Of a DNA stretch of 64,000 nt, positions 50,686 through 64,000 are shown piece by piece. How positions within the stretch are numbered: position 1 is the stretch's first letter; every line of letters starts with the position of its first letter. Position numbers and translations under genes: made by a program. Source of the stretch: Squalus acanthias (Eukaryota); assembly GCA_030390025.1 (NCBI GenBank), contig CM059432.1, positions 57,786,001 through 57,850,000 on the forward strand. Direction: 5' to 3'. The notes under the pieces are model-generated. The model was not told the origin of the DNA. It was given only the letters and a program-made list of their open reading frames with translations, and did not search any database.

Positions 50686-51370
50686 AAATGAGGAAAAACT
50701 GGAAAAATGTGGGTTTCTCAAGTTTGAAAGGAGTTGACTGAGAAGTGAACTTGTACACCAACAGAACTAGACAAATGGATGTTTGTAGTAGGGAGTTACA
50801 AATTTGGTTCCAAACCACTTCCAATGTTAAGTGATCCAAAACAGTAAACTTATTCAATGAGCATTTTAGTATGCCTAGTAATATAAAACCATCACTAAAA
50901 ACAGCTTATGCTGCTGCATTCTTTACATCAATTAGGGAGTGTATTAGCAGTGAAATATGCATATTGAATTCCTCAGTAACTACTTTCTGATAAGTGTTTG
51001 AACTAGTTTTACAGGATTGAATTTTCACCTGAAGCTCAAGGTATGGAAGACAATACTGCACTGTACACCTTTTGCAGTACTGGGAAGAATCTAAATCAAC
51101 TTCTAGCCATTACTTTGCTCTGTCTTTTGCTTATGATTTTGAATACAACTACAGCTTTCATTTATATAGTGCCTTTAATATAGAACGTGTCCCAAGCTTT
51201 GTTGAGACGTCAGGAAAGAAAGGAATGAAAACCAAGCCAAGCTGGGCCAGTTAGAGAGGACTGACAGCCTGGTGAAAGATTTTTAAATAGTGGAAAAATA
51301 ACTAGAGGGTTGGTGCTTAGCGAGTGAATCCCAGAATGTGGGGCCAAGGTACCAATGATGACGCAGAGAA

Positions 51371-51401
<31 letters not shown>

Positions 51402-51918
51402 AGGGGTGGAAGAAGCGTATAGAAGACTAGAGTGAGAACTGCAGAGGGCACAAAAAGGGCTGATGAAATGTACAGAAGGAGAGCGGGGCGAATGGAGGGG
51501 TTCGAAGACAGAATGAGGATTTTATATTCCAAAATGCACCAGGAACAAATGGAACCAAAATAGATCAGTGGCAACTGGGGTGATGGGCAAGGGGGAAGCG
51601 GGTATGGACTTCTGAGTTTTGAACAAGCTAGAATTTATTAGGGGGGGGGGGGGGAGGAGGGCAAGAGGCCAGGAAGCTATGTTTTGAATGGTGTTCTTAA
51701 ATTGCAGAAGCAGTCAGGACTCAGGACTGAGAATGCTCTCACCAATATATGTGATAAACAGCTAACCCTCACAGAGTCTCATCAGTAGCAAGGAAGAATT
51801 AGTGCCCTGAAAATGGTACACAACAAAAACTAAGCTATTTATATTAACATTTTGGGATAAAAATATTCTTATTTACAGTTCTAGCCGCAAGACCAAATAT
51901 TGCTAGAGGTGGAATAAT

Positions 51919-52655
51919 GGCTCAGATTTTCCAGTCAGCAGCAAAGGAATGGTGCTCGCCGGTCACCTTGCTGACAGCTGCCCACAAAGTTTTTGCAGGT
52001 TTGAGAGAGGAGCATTGCTCTAATCCGGTGTCTGATCCAGTGTGGTGTCCTCTACGGGGGATCTGTAGTGTCTGTGAGCAGGTCAAGAAATAGTGAGGCT
52101 CTTCAACCAATCAGATTGCGTGTCTCAGTGAGGATTTTTCAGAGTCTAATGCAGGAAGTCTAAAGCAGATTTAAATCATGTACAGAAAGCGGAATTGGGA
52201 AAGATTGGGAAAGACAGATGGGATTAAAAAAAAGAGATTGAAAAGTTTAAAAAAAAATCTCCAACACTAATTAACTTCTGAAGGAATGAGACGCCACACT
52301 TGTAAAATTAAATATTCAGAGCCAGACAGGTTGTTTGGCAGTAATTATCAATCATCACTCAGTTAAAGATTCACTTACTCATGAATGCACCAGCCCTAAC
52401 CTTTAATGGCATCTTTAGTGGGGAACTCGTGGGCAAGTACCCCAAGTTTACGCCATTACGTCTTTCAATGCCAAGTCCATCAGTGAGGACTGCTACAGCG
52501 CACCCTGCGGAGGAGCGAGGCATCTCGGACAGCAACTTCCAGATTTCCACATTTAAATGCGCATGTGCAGGTGCCAGAAGTTGCTGTCCAATTTACTCCA
52601 TAGTAATGGTGAGCGCAGTTAGCCTCACTGTTGTTATGAACGCAAAATCTGGACC
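51919..52655. mobile_element. Harbinger-like MITE with AAT TSD
   Basis: TIRs ggctcagatttt / aaaatctggacc; aat on both flanks; similar to the other copies. Confidence 0.7.
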
Positions 52656-53689
52656 AATATTTTCTGAAAGCAAAAAAGAGAATGTTTCAGCTGCAAGGTT
52701 ATGTATTATTTACATTTATGCAGAGCACTAGAAATTGCCAAACAAGAAGCTCCAGTTACAGACATACAATGCCTGTGTTTAAAGTTGGTTTCAAATATGA
52801 AACACCAGCAGAAAAATGAAACACACAGTAGCACAGAGTGTTTAGAACATTTCTCTAGCAGTTCCTGGTGCTTAGCATAACATTCAAAGTTGTCTCCTTT
52901 GCGTAATGTTGCCTAGATGGTATTATAGCTTTTTTCACAGACACTTAGTTGGCAAAACCAACTACGGTAATATTAAAATTAAATGAAGACAGATGACTTG
53001 CCCCAAATGCAGTGATAATGTATAGCTTAGGTCTCCACATTTAATCCTGTATTAATTTCTAGGGATTGACCAGTGAATTCTGAGCAGCTGACAGCAAAAT
53101 CATCTTGGACCAGCTCTGACCAGACATCTGTCCCTCCCCAAAATTTTCTGAATACATGTTACCCATATCCATGTATGTTCTAGCATGGCAGTAAATACAG
53201 CAGATTATCCCATAATAAATGTCCTTATTCTTTTGGATTACAGAACAAGGACAGAGGGTCATTTCTTCAGCCCTACTGAAGCAACTCAGTGGATCTTTGA
53301 GCAGTGGTTTGGTTATCAAACAGTGCAGTGAGGTCAAAGTTTAATTACTTTTCAGACTGCAACTCACAATGTAATCCAAAAGTTTGGCTTTCTTTTTAAG
53401 TGGGATTGTTAGGGCTTTTAAATCACAGGCTACAGACATTTTGAGTCCCATGTCAAGAAAATCTATTGTTTGCTGACTTTCTCTGTATATTTTAAATACC
53501 TGTAACTGCTGTTTTTAAAGATTGAAGAAATTTGCCCAGATTTAACATGCCTATGTGTGACCAAGACAAGGAATGGGCACATAATTTGAATGTACTAGCA
53601 GATCTCCAATGGCATTGCTTATGGTATCAACTAGTGTTTTATAGCAATAGGGAAGGACATAGCTGCCAGTCTGGGCCTGTGACAGGTGG

Positions 53690-56012
53690 AGAGAGAACCA
53701 ACACGAGGGGAAAAACCTACTTGACCTCGTCCTCACCAATCTACCTGTCGCAGATGCGTCTGTCCATGACAGTATTGGTAGCAGTGACCACCGCACACTC
53801 ATTGTGGAAATGAAGTCCCGTCTTCAACTGAGGACACCCTGCATCGTGTTGTGTGGCACTACCACCTTGCTAAATGGGATAGATTCAGAACAGATCTAGC
53901 AGCTCAAAACTGGGCATCCATGAGGCGCTGTGGGTCATCAGCAGCAGCAGAATTGTATTCCGTCACCATCTGTAACCTCATGGCCTGGCATATCCCTCAC
54001 TACCATTACCATCAAGCCAGGGGACCAATCCTGGTTCAATAAGGAGTGTAGAAGAGTATGCCAGGAGCAACACCAGCTGTATCTAAAAATGCGGTGCCAA
54101 CGTGGGGAAGCTGCAACACAGGACTACATGCATGCTAAAAAGCGGAAGCAGCATGCTATAGACAGGGCTAAACGATCCCATAATCAACAGATCAGATCAA
54201 AGCTCTGCAGTCCTGCCACATCCAGTGGTGGACCATTAAAACAACTAACGGGAGGAGGAGAATCAATGAATATCCCCATCCTCAATGATGGTGGAGCCCA
54301 GCACGTGAGTGCAAAAGACAAAGCATAAGAGTTTGCAACCATCTTCAGTCAGAAGTGCCGAGTGAATGATCCATATCAGCCTACTCCCGAGGTCCCCACC
54401 ATCCCAGAAGCCAGTCTTCAGCCAATTCGATTCACTCCACGTGATTATCAAGAAACGGCTGAGCGCACTGGATACAGCAAAGGCTGTGGGCCCCGACAAC
54501 ATCCCGGCTGTCGGGCTGAAGACTTGTGCACCAGAACTAGCCGCGCCTCTAGCCAAGCTGTTCCAGTACAGCTATAACACGGGCATCTACCCGACAATGT
54601 GGAAAACTGCCCAGGTATGTCCTGTCCACAAAATGCAGGACAAATCCAATCCGGCCATTTACCGCCCCATCAGTCTACTCTCAATCATCAGCAAAGTGAT
54701 GGAAGGTGTCGTCAACAGTGCTATCTAGCAGCACTTACTCACCAACAATCTGCTCACTGATACTCAGTTTGGGTTCCGCCAGGACCACTCGGCATCAGAC
54801 CTCATTACAGCCTTGGTCCAAACATGGACAAAAGAGCTGAATTCCAGAGGTGAGGTGAGAGTGACTGCCCTTGACATCAAGGCAACATTTGACCAAGTGT
54901 GGCATCAAGGAGCCCAAGTAAAACTGAAGTCAATGGGCATCGGGGGGAAAACTCGCCACTGCCTACCACAAAGGAAGATGGTTGTGGTGGTTGGAGGTCA
55001 ATCATCACAGCCCCAGGACATCACTGCAAGAGTTCCTCAGGGCAGCGTCCTAGGTCCAACCATCTTCAGCTGTTTCATCAATGACCTTCCCTCCATCATA
55101 AGGTCAGAAGTGGGGATGCTCGCTGATGACTGCACAGTGTTCAGCGCCATTCACAACTCCTCAGATAATGAAGCAGTCCATGCCCGCATGCAACAAGATC
55201 TGAACGACATTCAGGCTTGGGCTGATGTGTGGCGCGAATGTAACCTGCCACCTAAGTGCCAGGCAATGACTATCTCCAACAAACGAGCATCCAACCACCA
55301 CCCCATGACATTCAATGGCATTACCATCGACGAATCCCCCACCATCAATATCCTGAGGGTCACCATTGACCAGAAACTTAACTGGACCAGCCACATAAAT
55401 ACTGTGGCAGCAAGAGTAGGTCAGAGGCTGGGTATTCTGTAATGAGTGTCCCACCTCCTGACTCCCCAAAGCCTTTCCACCATCTACAAGGCACAAGTCA
55501 GGAGTGTGATGAAATACTCTCCAATTGTCTGGATGAGTGCAGCTCCAAGAAGCTCGACACCATCCAAGACAAAGCAGCCCGCTTGATTGGCACCCCATCC
55601 ACTACCTTAAATATTCACTCCCTCCACCACCGGTGTACCGTGACTGCAGTGTGTACCATCTACAAGATGCACTGCAGCAACTCACCAAGGCTTCTTCGAC
55701 AGCACCTCCCAAACCCGCGACCTCTACCAACTAGAAGGACAAGGGCAGTAGGTGCATGGGAACACCACCACCTCCAAGTTCGCCTCCAAGTCACACACCA
55801 TCCTGACTTGGAAGTATATCGCCATTCCTTCATCGTTGCTGGGTCAAAATCCTGGAACTCCCTCCCTAACAACGCTGTGGGAGTACCTTCACCACACAGA
55901 CTGCAGCGGTTCAAGAAGGCAGCTCACCACCACCTTCTCAAGGGCAACTAGGGATGGGCAATAAATGCTGGCCTTGACAGCAACGCCCACATCCGATGAA
56001 CGAATAAATAAA
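53690..56012 (+). mobile_element. Decayed CR1-clade LINE (late APE through RT to 3' tail)
   Basis: [45 protein letters not shown]; tail gaacgaataaataaaa. Confidence 0.9.
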
Positions 56013-57133
56013 AAATAGGGGTGTTTATGCCATGTGGGGCCGTCAGGGTCACCGACTTAATGACTGAATAATTCAAATTCTATTTTTATTAATTGGTATT
56101 TGGGGGAGTGAATTCATGGCTCCGTGCAATATTCTGTGTAAGCCATAAATGGGTGGCCTTTATTTCATAAATATTCCTTTGCCTCGGTGTATAACCTTTA
56201 TTCTTACCACCTTTAAAGGCAATAATACACAGCAAGAGGATATGAAAAATGTACCAATCACAGTTATACATGTTATTTAGCAGTAAGTGAGGTTTAGTTG
56301 CATAGAGGATATGGTCCTGGGCTTTGGTAGCACTGGGGTGATACTGCAATGATTTGGTAGTGTTGGGAGCAGGGAAGATGATCTTTTAATCTGGCATTAC
56401 AGTGGAAGGAGAACCTAGAGTTTGGTAGAACTAGGGGTGTTGCTGGTGGATTTGTGACACTCATGATGTGAGGAGAGGGAAGGCATGGGCTTGACATTAC
56501 TGGGTGGGAGCATCCCAGATTTGGCAGCATTGGTTTGTAACTTTCCAAGAGCCTTCTGCAAACATTAAATTTGATGTTCTGTTATTGGATCTCGAGAGTG
56601 CACGTGCCTCGCAGCTTCTCTCCTCCTTCGATACAGCCGGTGTCTCAGAGGGGTTAGTAATTAGAATCATTATATTTTCTACCCATCAACAGAACGCAGG
56701 TGATAAATTGAGCCTTTGAGAAAGGGGGAGGAAGGGGAACAGTTTGGCAGGTCATTCTAGTTTGTGTGTGACTGGGTACTGTTTCTGGTTAGTCCCATTC
56801 CCAAATGCCAACCATAGGTAACATTTTGATTTTAAATATATTCTTGTCTATTTGAAAGGGAAGGCAGTTTAAGACAGGGGAGTGGAACAGGCAAAAGGAG
56901 AGCAGAGAGGGGGACAAGAGGGAGCAGGAGCAGATGGAAGAGAGGGCAGCGGAAAGAGGGGCGGAAAAGTGAATGCTGCATACTTTCACTGAGAAGGTAG
57001 TCTTTCCTCCCACAGGCCTGGATTATCTTCTCAGTGAAAGGAAAGGGACTGCAAGGTGGTCCTATCTCTGCCAAACTACAATTTTATGTTCAGTAGTTGG
57101 GGGGTGGGGGAGATGAGCAAGAGCCTGAAATCT

Positions 57134-57146
57134 GGGGGGGGGGGGG

Positions 57147-57224
<78 letters not shown>
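57134..57224. repeat. Poly-G run followed by (GA)n microsatellite
   Basis: Directly visible. Confidence 0.95.
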
Positions 57225-57229
<5 letters not shown>

Positions 57230-60200
57230 CCCTGATTTCTACAGTCACTGATTAACTGCTTAATGTGGGGGGGCAGTAGCATGGAAGATTACCTTCCTCC
57301 CTATACTAAGTTTCTGCTTAGTGGGGAGGAGGGAGGGATTTCAAAGTTTACCCATGAAAGTGTCTTGCATTGACAAGTGATTAGTGCACGAAGACACGAT
57401 TATCTGGAGTTACTCTGCAGGGCAAGAGTATTTTTGATAGGTTCAATGGAATGTGAGGGGTTTTATGTCAGGAGCTTGCTTTCTTGCAGGAAGGGACAAA
57501 GCAGTGAAAACTTAGCAAGCAAGTGACAATGGTGATAACAAGGAATTGATTCCAGGAAGCAAGTGCGATTTTGAGAATTGCTGCCTACAGTTCAGATTTT
57601 TGCTGGTAGGGATAATTAATTACTCTGAATTATTTTACTTACGAGATTATAGATATTCCAAAAATACTTCACTGTCACAGGATAATCTGAAATCCAGGAG
57701 GTGGTCACATATTGTTGCAGAGCCACATATTGCAATCTAGTAGAAACTGCTCATACATTGGAATGCTGCCACCCAGTGTCTTTATAGTGGAACTGCATGC
57801 CAACTCAAGGCTAAAACGTAGTACCAGTCAAGGTTATCAAGATAGGCAGTTAACACGATCACAACGCCGCTACAGGCATAACTGGCACTGTAGGTAAAGG
57901 TCAACTCACTCACCATTTTTAATATATAGCTAGTCAACCTCCCATGGTGTTACACATGGGTATTCATGACCAATTTTAATTTTTTTAAATTCAACCAGGA
58001 TGGGAGAAATAAATGGATCTAATATGGGGGCGCCGGGGATACAAGAGAGAGGAGGAGAAAGAAAGTGCTAAGGAAGAGGAATTAAGATCAGTGGAGGTAG
58101 GGATATTGAACCATAGAACAACCAGCCATCAGGGAAGGAGAAATATACCCAGTAGTGGCTGTGGATGGAAAATGTCGTTGGGAGGGAGAATTAATAGAAG
58201 AGAATTGAAGCAGGGCAAGAGTAGCCTGTGAGGGAAAACCATTGGGTGAGTTGGAAATGCAGCCAGCTTTGGGGGGTTGGGGGCTGAAGTACTGCCGAGT
58301 TGGGAGGATGGCTGAAATTTTGCTCATTTGGGGGACGGCGAGGGTCACAATCATGCTCTGTAGACGAGGTGGGGATGTGGTGGAATGCAGAAATCTTGCA
58401 TTCCATTCATTTGCTCCACTTACCTGTATGTTGCATTCGACTTCTTGTTACAGTCCTGCTTTTGTGTCAACAGCTGCCTTAAGGTTTTTGCAATTACAAT
58501 GTAACTATTTAATTCACTACTTGTGTTCCGTTATCGTTGCCGTTGGGTGGGAGTTGTTCTCGTATCCTCAAACGCACTTTAACAATGCACCAACAAACAT
58601 TTTTACGATGCTCTTTGTTTGTTCCTGGTTGTGGATTAGTTTTTCCTCTGTGCTGTAATCGACTTATTTTTCATTCTATTTAGGATTTTTTACATTTTTG
58701 ATTGAATGTTGGCCTTTCAATTTTTGGATGGAATGTGAATTGAATTCTCCTGAATATAGTAAGCCCCTCATATTGCAATATAATATACTGACAATACTAC
58801 AAGTGCAGTTCCAATGGAACGTTGCAATCACTCACCATTTTTAATATTGAACAGATTTATAATTCTAAACTAACCAAAGCTGTTTTATAACACATTGTAT
58901 CGAGTTCACCGATTTATAGTGACTGATGAAATTGTATTCTGGGATTTGATTTTGTAATTGTTGACTTTTCACTGAAAATTGTAAATCAGTGGCCTTGATT
59001 ATTATATGTTCCTTCAACTAAGTACCCAATTTTTACCTTTTTTGAAGCCCAGGATACATGGTACAATGGTAGGCAAGATGCATCAGGTTGGAGGAAGTAT
59101 ATAGCAGCACTATGGAGGGCTCCCAGGGTTTGGAATCACTGGAGAAGAGGGTCCTTTGCTTTGTCAACACTGAAGAAAGTAATTTGGTTGAAGGAAGGGG
59201 AGGAAATGAGTGTGGGGTTTCCTTCAATGGGAAATTCCTGGAGTCTGGAAGCACTGGGAAGCATCCAGGAGAAAGCTGATGATTTTAATGTAAAACAAAT
59301 TTCCCATATCTACTGAAGATGCATAACTGCATAATTAAACATTTCTATAAATTACTGTTTGACTTTTAGGCATAAAGAAAAGAAAGCACAGGTGATCTAA
59401 TCACTCCTTTTGAGTGCCTCTCTCTCACCAAGATGGAGCCTCTTTCTCTGAAATGCATCATCTTACAGATTTTTGCAATGAGAAAAATGAATAAATCTTT
59501 TGCCGTCATTCTCAAATTTTAAGTAGCTTTCAATAAACAAGATTTGTTTTCAAATGATAAAGCACAGGTGTTATTAATCACAATCTATTCACTGAGCTTT
59601 TCTTTGTGTCTCTCTGCCCACTCATGATTGGAGTACTCCTGAATTGAAACCAGGCATTTCTCATGTCCAGCACAAATTGTTTGACATATTATTAAACAGA
59701 AGTCAGAGCAAACATAGATTTCACTGGCTCAAAAGGCTATTAAACATAGTCTTGATTCAAAATAATAAATGTGTCAAAATTCTAAGAGATATTGGGACCA
59801 ATGCCATGAGTTTGTACCAGGCATGAAGATTTTATGCATGGTTAGAGCTCTCCAATAACCCTGCCTCGTCAGCTGCCTGCTAAAATAGAAACACTAAAGA
59901 ATCATTGCTGCTGGCCATATAAATGCAAGTCTTTCTTTCTTTTAGTTGTACCGCTCTCTTCACTTTGAAGTCCACACTTAGACAAAGGAAAATCAATAAA
60001 GTATCCTTCACAATTAAATAAAGCAACCATAATGCTACCAATAACATATAGGTTTCAAAGACACAGAGACTGCCTGACAACATATCAGCCAAGGACTCCA
60101 CACCTGTTCAGGACATAAGCCAGACTGAAAGCCTTCTTTAAGGGACTCCCTGATGGGACAATTGTAAAAACCATGGACCACTACACAAGTGATTAATAGC

Positions 60201-60544
60201 TCAGGTGATCAATCCTAGTTGTCTCTAACCTGGATGGGCTGAGAGTCTTCTCATACTTGTTCAACACAGTGAAAGAACATCCACTTCCATAGCTTGTCTA
60301 GTCATGCATATTTTCCTCAAATGTAATTGGAGAAGGACAGGATAAACCTATTTACAGAGACATGAGTCAGATGGTGGAGTCCTGGCCCAGGTGCATATTC
60401 CATGTGGATTGGCTGCTCTAAGCCATGCAGTGATCAATTTAAAATGGGCACAATTCTAGCAAGCTATAAACTCCCACAAAAGAAGAATGAAAACATAGAA
60501 TCTTTTATGAAATAGGACAAAGCTCTGACCAATCACATTCAGGA

Positions 60545-60950
60545 TACAGTAGTATAGTGGTTATGTTACTGGACTAATAATCCAGGAGATTAATTCACCA
60601 TGGAAGTTTGAGACTGTGTATTAACTTTTTTAAATCTGGAAATATAAAGATGCCATCAGTAAAAGTGATTATCGTATAAACCCTCCTGGTTCACTAATGT
60701 CCTTTAGGGAAAGGAACCTGTGTCTTTACCCAGTCTAGCCTATGTGACTCTAGTCCCACTGCAAATGTGGTTGACTCTTAACTGTCCTCTCAAGCCACTC
60801 AGTTGAATCAAATCACTACAACGAATGACAAGAGTATTATGAGAGCAGACTGTAGTGGTTCGAGAAGAATGTCCACCACCATTTTGTCAGGGCATGGGAA
60901 ATAAATGACAGTCTTACCAACAACACTCACATCCCAAGAATAAAAATTCA
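60545..60950 (+). mobile_element. Degenerate copy of the SINE at 13061
   Basis: tagtatagtggttatgttactggactaataatcc head and matching tail. Confidence 0.7.
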
Positions 60951-60954
60951 AACA

Positions 60955-61185
60955 GCAATAACCAGCATTTATATAACTTTAACATAGGAAAATGTCCCAA
61001 GGCACTTCACAGAAGCACAATCAGACAGAAACTGATACTGAGCCAAACAAGGAGATAATAGGAGGGGTGACTTAAAGATTGATCAAAGAGGTAGATTTTA
61101 AAAGGAGGGTTAAAAAGGAGAAGTGGAGAGGCAGAAAGGTTTAGGGAGGTAATTCCAGAGCTTCAGGCCTAGATGGCTGAAGGTT
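60955..61185 (-). mobile_element. L2 3' tail fragment
   Basis: gcatttatata..tcccaaggcacttcacag. Confidence 0.7.
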
Positions 61186-62937
61186 CCAAATGAAAACATT
61201 AACAATGGTACTCAAACACAAAAGTCAATTTTATAGGTAAATTTATTTTAATCTGAAATACGACATTTTTCAATGTTTGTTAGAAAATTTATTGAGTTTT
61301 AGTGGCAGCCCGAGGTGAAAAGAGGAAAATATTTTGCTTTCAAAAATGTATTTTGAGCTACTTGATTGGTTTGCTGCCCTTTCTTTATTGGAGTTGTTGC
61401 CGAGTGCCCATTTTTGATGTGCGGTTTTTCTGAACTTCACAACTGGTGGTTTTAACTCCAGATTACTACTTGCTGATTGGTACAATGTCTAATCTGTAAA
61501 ATGGTGATCTTTCTCAGTGATCATTGATTGGTAGGGTGGCTATCTATTCCATTGTGATCTGTTTTATGAATATGTAATTTCAACCAGAAGTTTGAATGAG
61601 TTAGTGTGACAAGGGAAGTGTGCACATATGCATACACAAACAAGCAAACTGAAATGGTCTGAAAATGTTTTGCTGCTTTTCCTTAGTAGAACTGCTTTTA
61701 CTCTTCTGATCTATCAATACCAGTGAATTAAATGTTATTCAAGTTGGCTTGGAATGCTTTATATTGGTCTCTTTTTCCCCTTCTGTCAGATCTGGTAATG
61801 CATCTTGGTTCAATTATGCCTACTGTTCCGTTTCATAAAATTTTTGCCTACTGCAGTCTAAAGCATCCAAAACCAACTTTACCTCTGCTTGTAGCCCCAG
61901 GACTCTATGGTACTCTGTTTCATCTTCCTATCAATTACTCCACTAATCATATAACTGTACCCACTCTTCTGCTATGATACACTCACCAGCTTCTTGTAAA
62001 TTGTACATAACATCCATTACTCATCATTACATCTTGATGTCCAAGCCCCTGATGGGGAAAATGAAAGTTTGGTTTCTTTCAATTCTTCAAAGAGCTTCTT
62101 TGTATATCATGTGTAAATAACAGATTTCATTTGATGGTTTCAACTTTTATCTTTTAATCAATTAATACTTCGCTCAATCAATACTCTTGACTTTGCTATC
62201 TCCTCTGACCTCAGATGGAACCCCCATATCTTCTCCATTGCTAAAGCTGCCTCTAAGAAGCTCAGATTGTGCGAAGCGCTTTTTCCCTTAACAACTGAAA
62301 TATGCACAGCTGAAGTCCATCCAACACTTGAATACAGGCCCCATATCTGATGAAAGCGCCTTAGGATGTTTTAGGACATTAAAGGTGCTATATAAATACA
62401 AGTCATTATTGTTAAAACTCTAACAATTCTAGGAAGGAACAACCATGTTCCTTATTACATTCAATCATTTCTATCTGTACTTTTGACATGTAAACTCATT
62501 CTTAATCAAATATTTATCTGGGACTTAAAAAAAAACCTGATGTTAATCAACATAGCATTAACTGTCTACGTGGTACTCTTATCTACATACTCAGTGACTC
62601 ACATTCCTATAGAACTGATATAGCTCAAATCCACCAATGAAAGCAGTACAGAGTTCAAATCTTTTCTAAACTTCAGTCCTGTCAAATTAAAACAGGCAAA
62701 CCCAGCTCCATTAAAAAATAGAGCCAAAATACATTGGAGCAGCAAATTCAAATAGCCCAATAGTTGAAAAAAGTGCTTTAGGTGAGTAATTAATAATTTT
62801 TTTTCACTTTAGTAGTAATAGATTAGAAATAATCATTTTGGAATAGTTAATTTTGACAATATTGACTGACGATCATGAGGCTTCATGGTGTGTAACTAAG
62901 GAGCTCATTATGGCAAAAAAGCTTGGACACTCATCGA

Positions 62938-64000
62938 AGAACATAACATAAGAAATAGGAGCAGGAATAGGCCACTTGGCCCCTCGAGCCTGCTCCGCCA
63001 TTCAATAAGATCATGGCTGATCTTGGGCTCAAAGCCACTTCCCCGCCCGCTCCCCATAACCCTTCACTCCCTTATCTTGCAAAAATGTGTCTATCTCCAC
63101 CTTAAATGTATTTAATGACCCAGCCTCCACAGCTCTCTGGGGCAGAGAATCCCACAGATTTACGACCCTCAGAAGAAATTCCTCCTCATCTCAGTTCTAA
63201 AAGGGCAACCCTTTATTCTAAAACTGTGCCCCCGCGTTCTAGATTTCCCCACGAGGGGAAACATCCTCTCTGCATCTACCTTGTCATGCCCCCTCAGTAT
63301 CTTATATGTTTCAATAAGATCACTCTCATTCTTCTAAATTCCAATGAGTATAGGCCCAGCCTGCTCAACCTTTCCTCATAAGTCAACCCCCTCATCTCTG
63401 GAATTAACCTAGCGAATCGTCTCTGAACTGCCTCCAATGCAAGTATATCCTTCCTTAAATAAGGAGACCAAAACTGTACGCAGTACTCAAGGTGTTGTCT
63501 CACCAATGCCTTGTACAGTTGCAGCAGAACTTCCCTGCTTTTATACTCCAACCCCTTTGAAATAAAGGCCAACATTCCATTTGCCTTTTTGATTACTTGC
63601 TGTACCTGCATGCTAACTTTTTGTGTTTCATGCACAAGGACCCCCAGGTCCCTCTGAACTGTAGCATTTTGTAATCTCTCTCCATTTAAATAATTTGCTT
63701 TTTTATTTTTCATCCCAAAGTGTATAACCTCGCATTTTCCCACATTATACTCCATCTGCCAAATGTTTGCCCACTCACTTAGCCTGTCTATATCCCTTTG
63801 CAGGTTCTTTGAGTCCTCTGCACAACTTGCTTTCCCACCCATCTTTGTATCATCTGCAAACTTGGCTACATTACACTCGGTCCCTTCATCCAAGTCATTA
63901 ATGTAGATTGTAAATAGTTGAGGCCCCAGCACCGATCCCTGTGGCACCCCACTAGTTACCGTTTGCCAACCGGAAAATGACCCATTTATCCCAACTCTCT
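62938..64000 (-). mobile_element. CR1 LINE 3' part, running off the window end
   Basis: 217-aa RT ORF ([13 protein letters not shown]); tail tttcttatgttatgttct. Confidence 0.92.

Noticed and set aside
58400..58720. Possible decayed Crypton/transposase coding remnant
   Set aside because: Multiple stops and only a vague resemblance; cannot be supported.
97..63381. Many 60-170 aa ORFs antisense to or out of frame with LINE RT
   Set aside because: Recurrent shadows of CR1/L2 coding sequence, not genes.

Overview
Vertebrate nuclear DNA, most likely a cartilaginous fish (inferred from the dominance of CR1/L2 LINEs, tRNA-derived SINEs and Penelope-like remnants). Two host genes lie tail-to-tail. 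The last five coding exons of TATDN1 are on the + strand (11599-27619). The large terminal coding exon of RNF139/TRC8 is on the - strand (36792-34958); its first exon was not found in the window. Most of the rest is nested transposable-element sequence, and most short ORFs in the track are TE fragments or antisense shadows. Highlights: (1) a full-length, apparently young CR1 LINE in a TATDN1 intron with an 8-bp TSD, 5' monomers, a candidate 5'-UTR intron, and a correctly phased U_UUA_AAC slippery site joining ORF1 to an ATG-less ORF2 in the -1 frame; (2) Penelope-like fragments with minimal hammerhead-ribozyme motifs, one forming an 85-bp-arm foldback; (3) a Harbinger-like MITE family carrying CTCF/CCAAT/ETS-like motifs. 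Repeat boundaries and family names were assigned by eye and are approximate.
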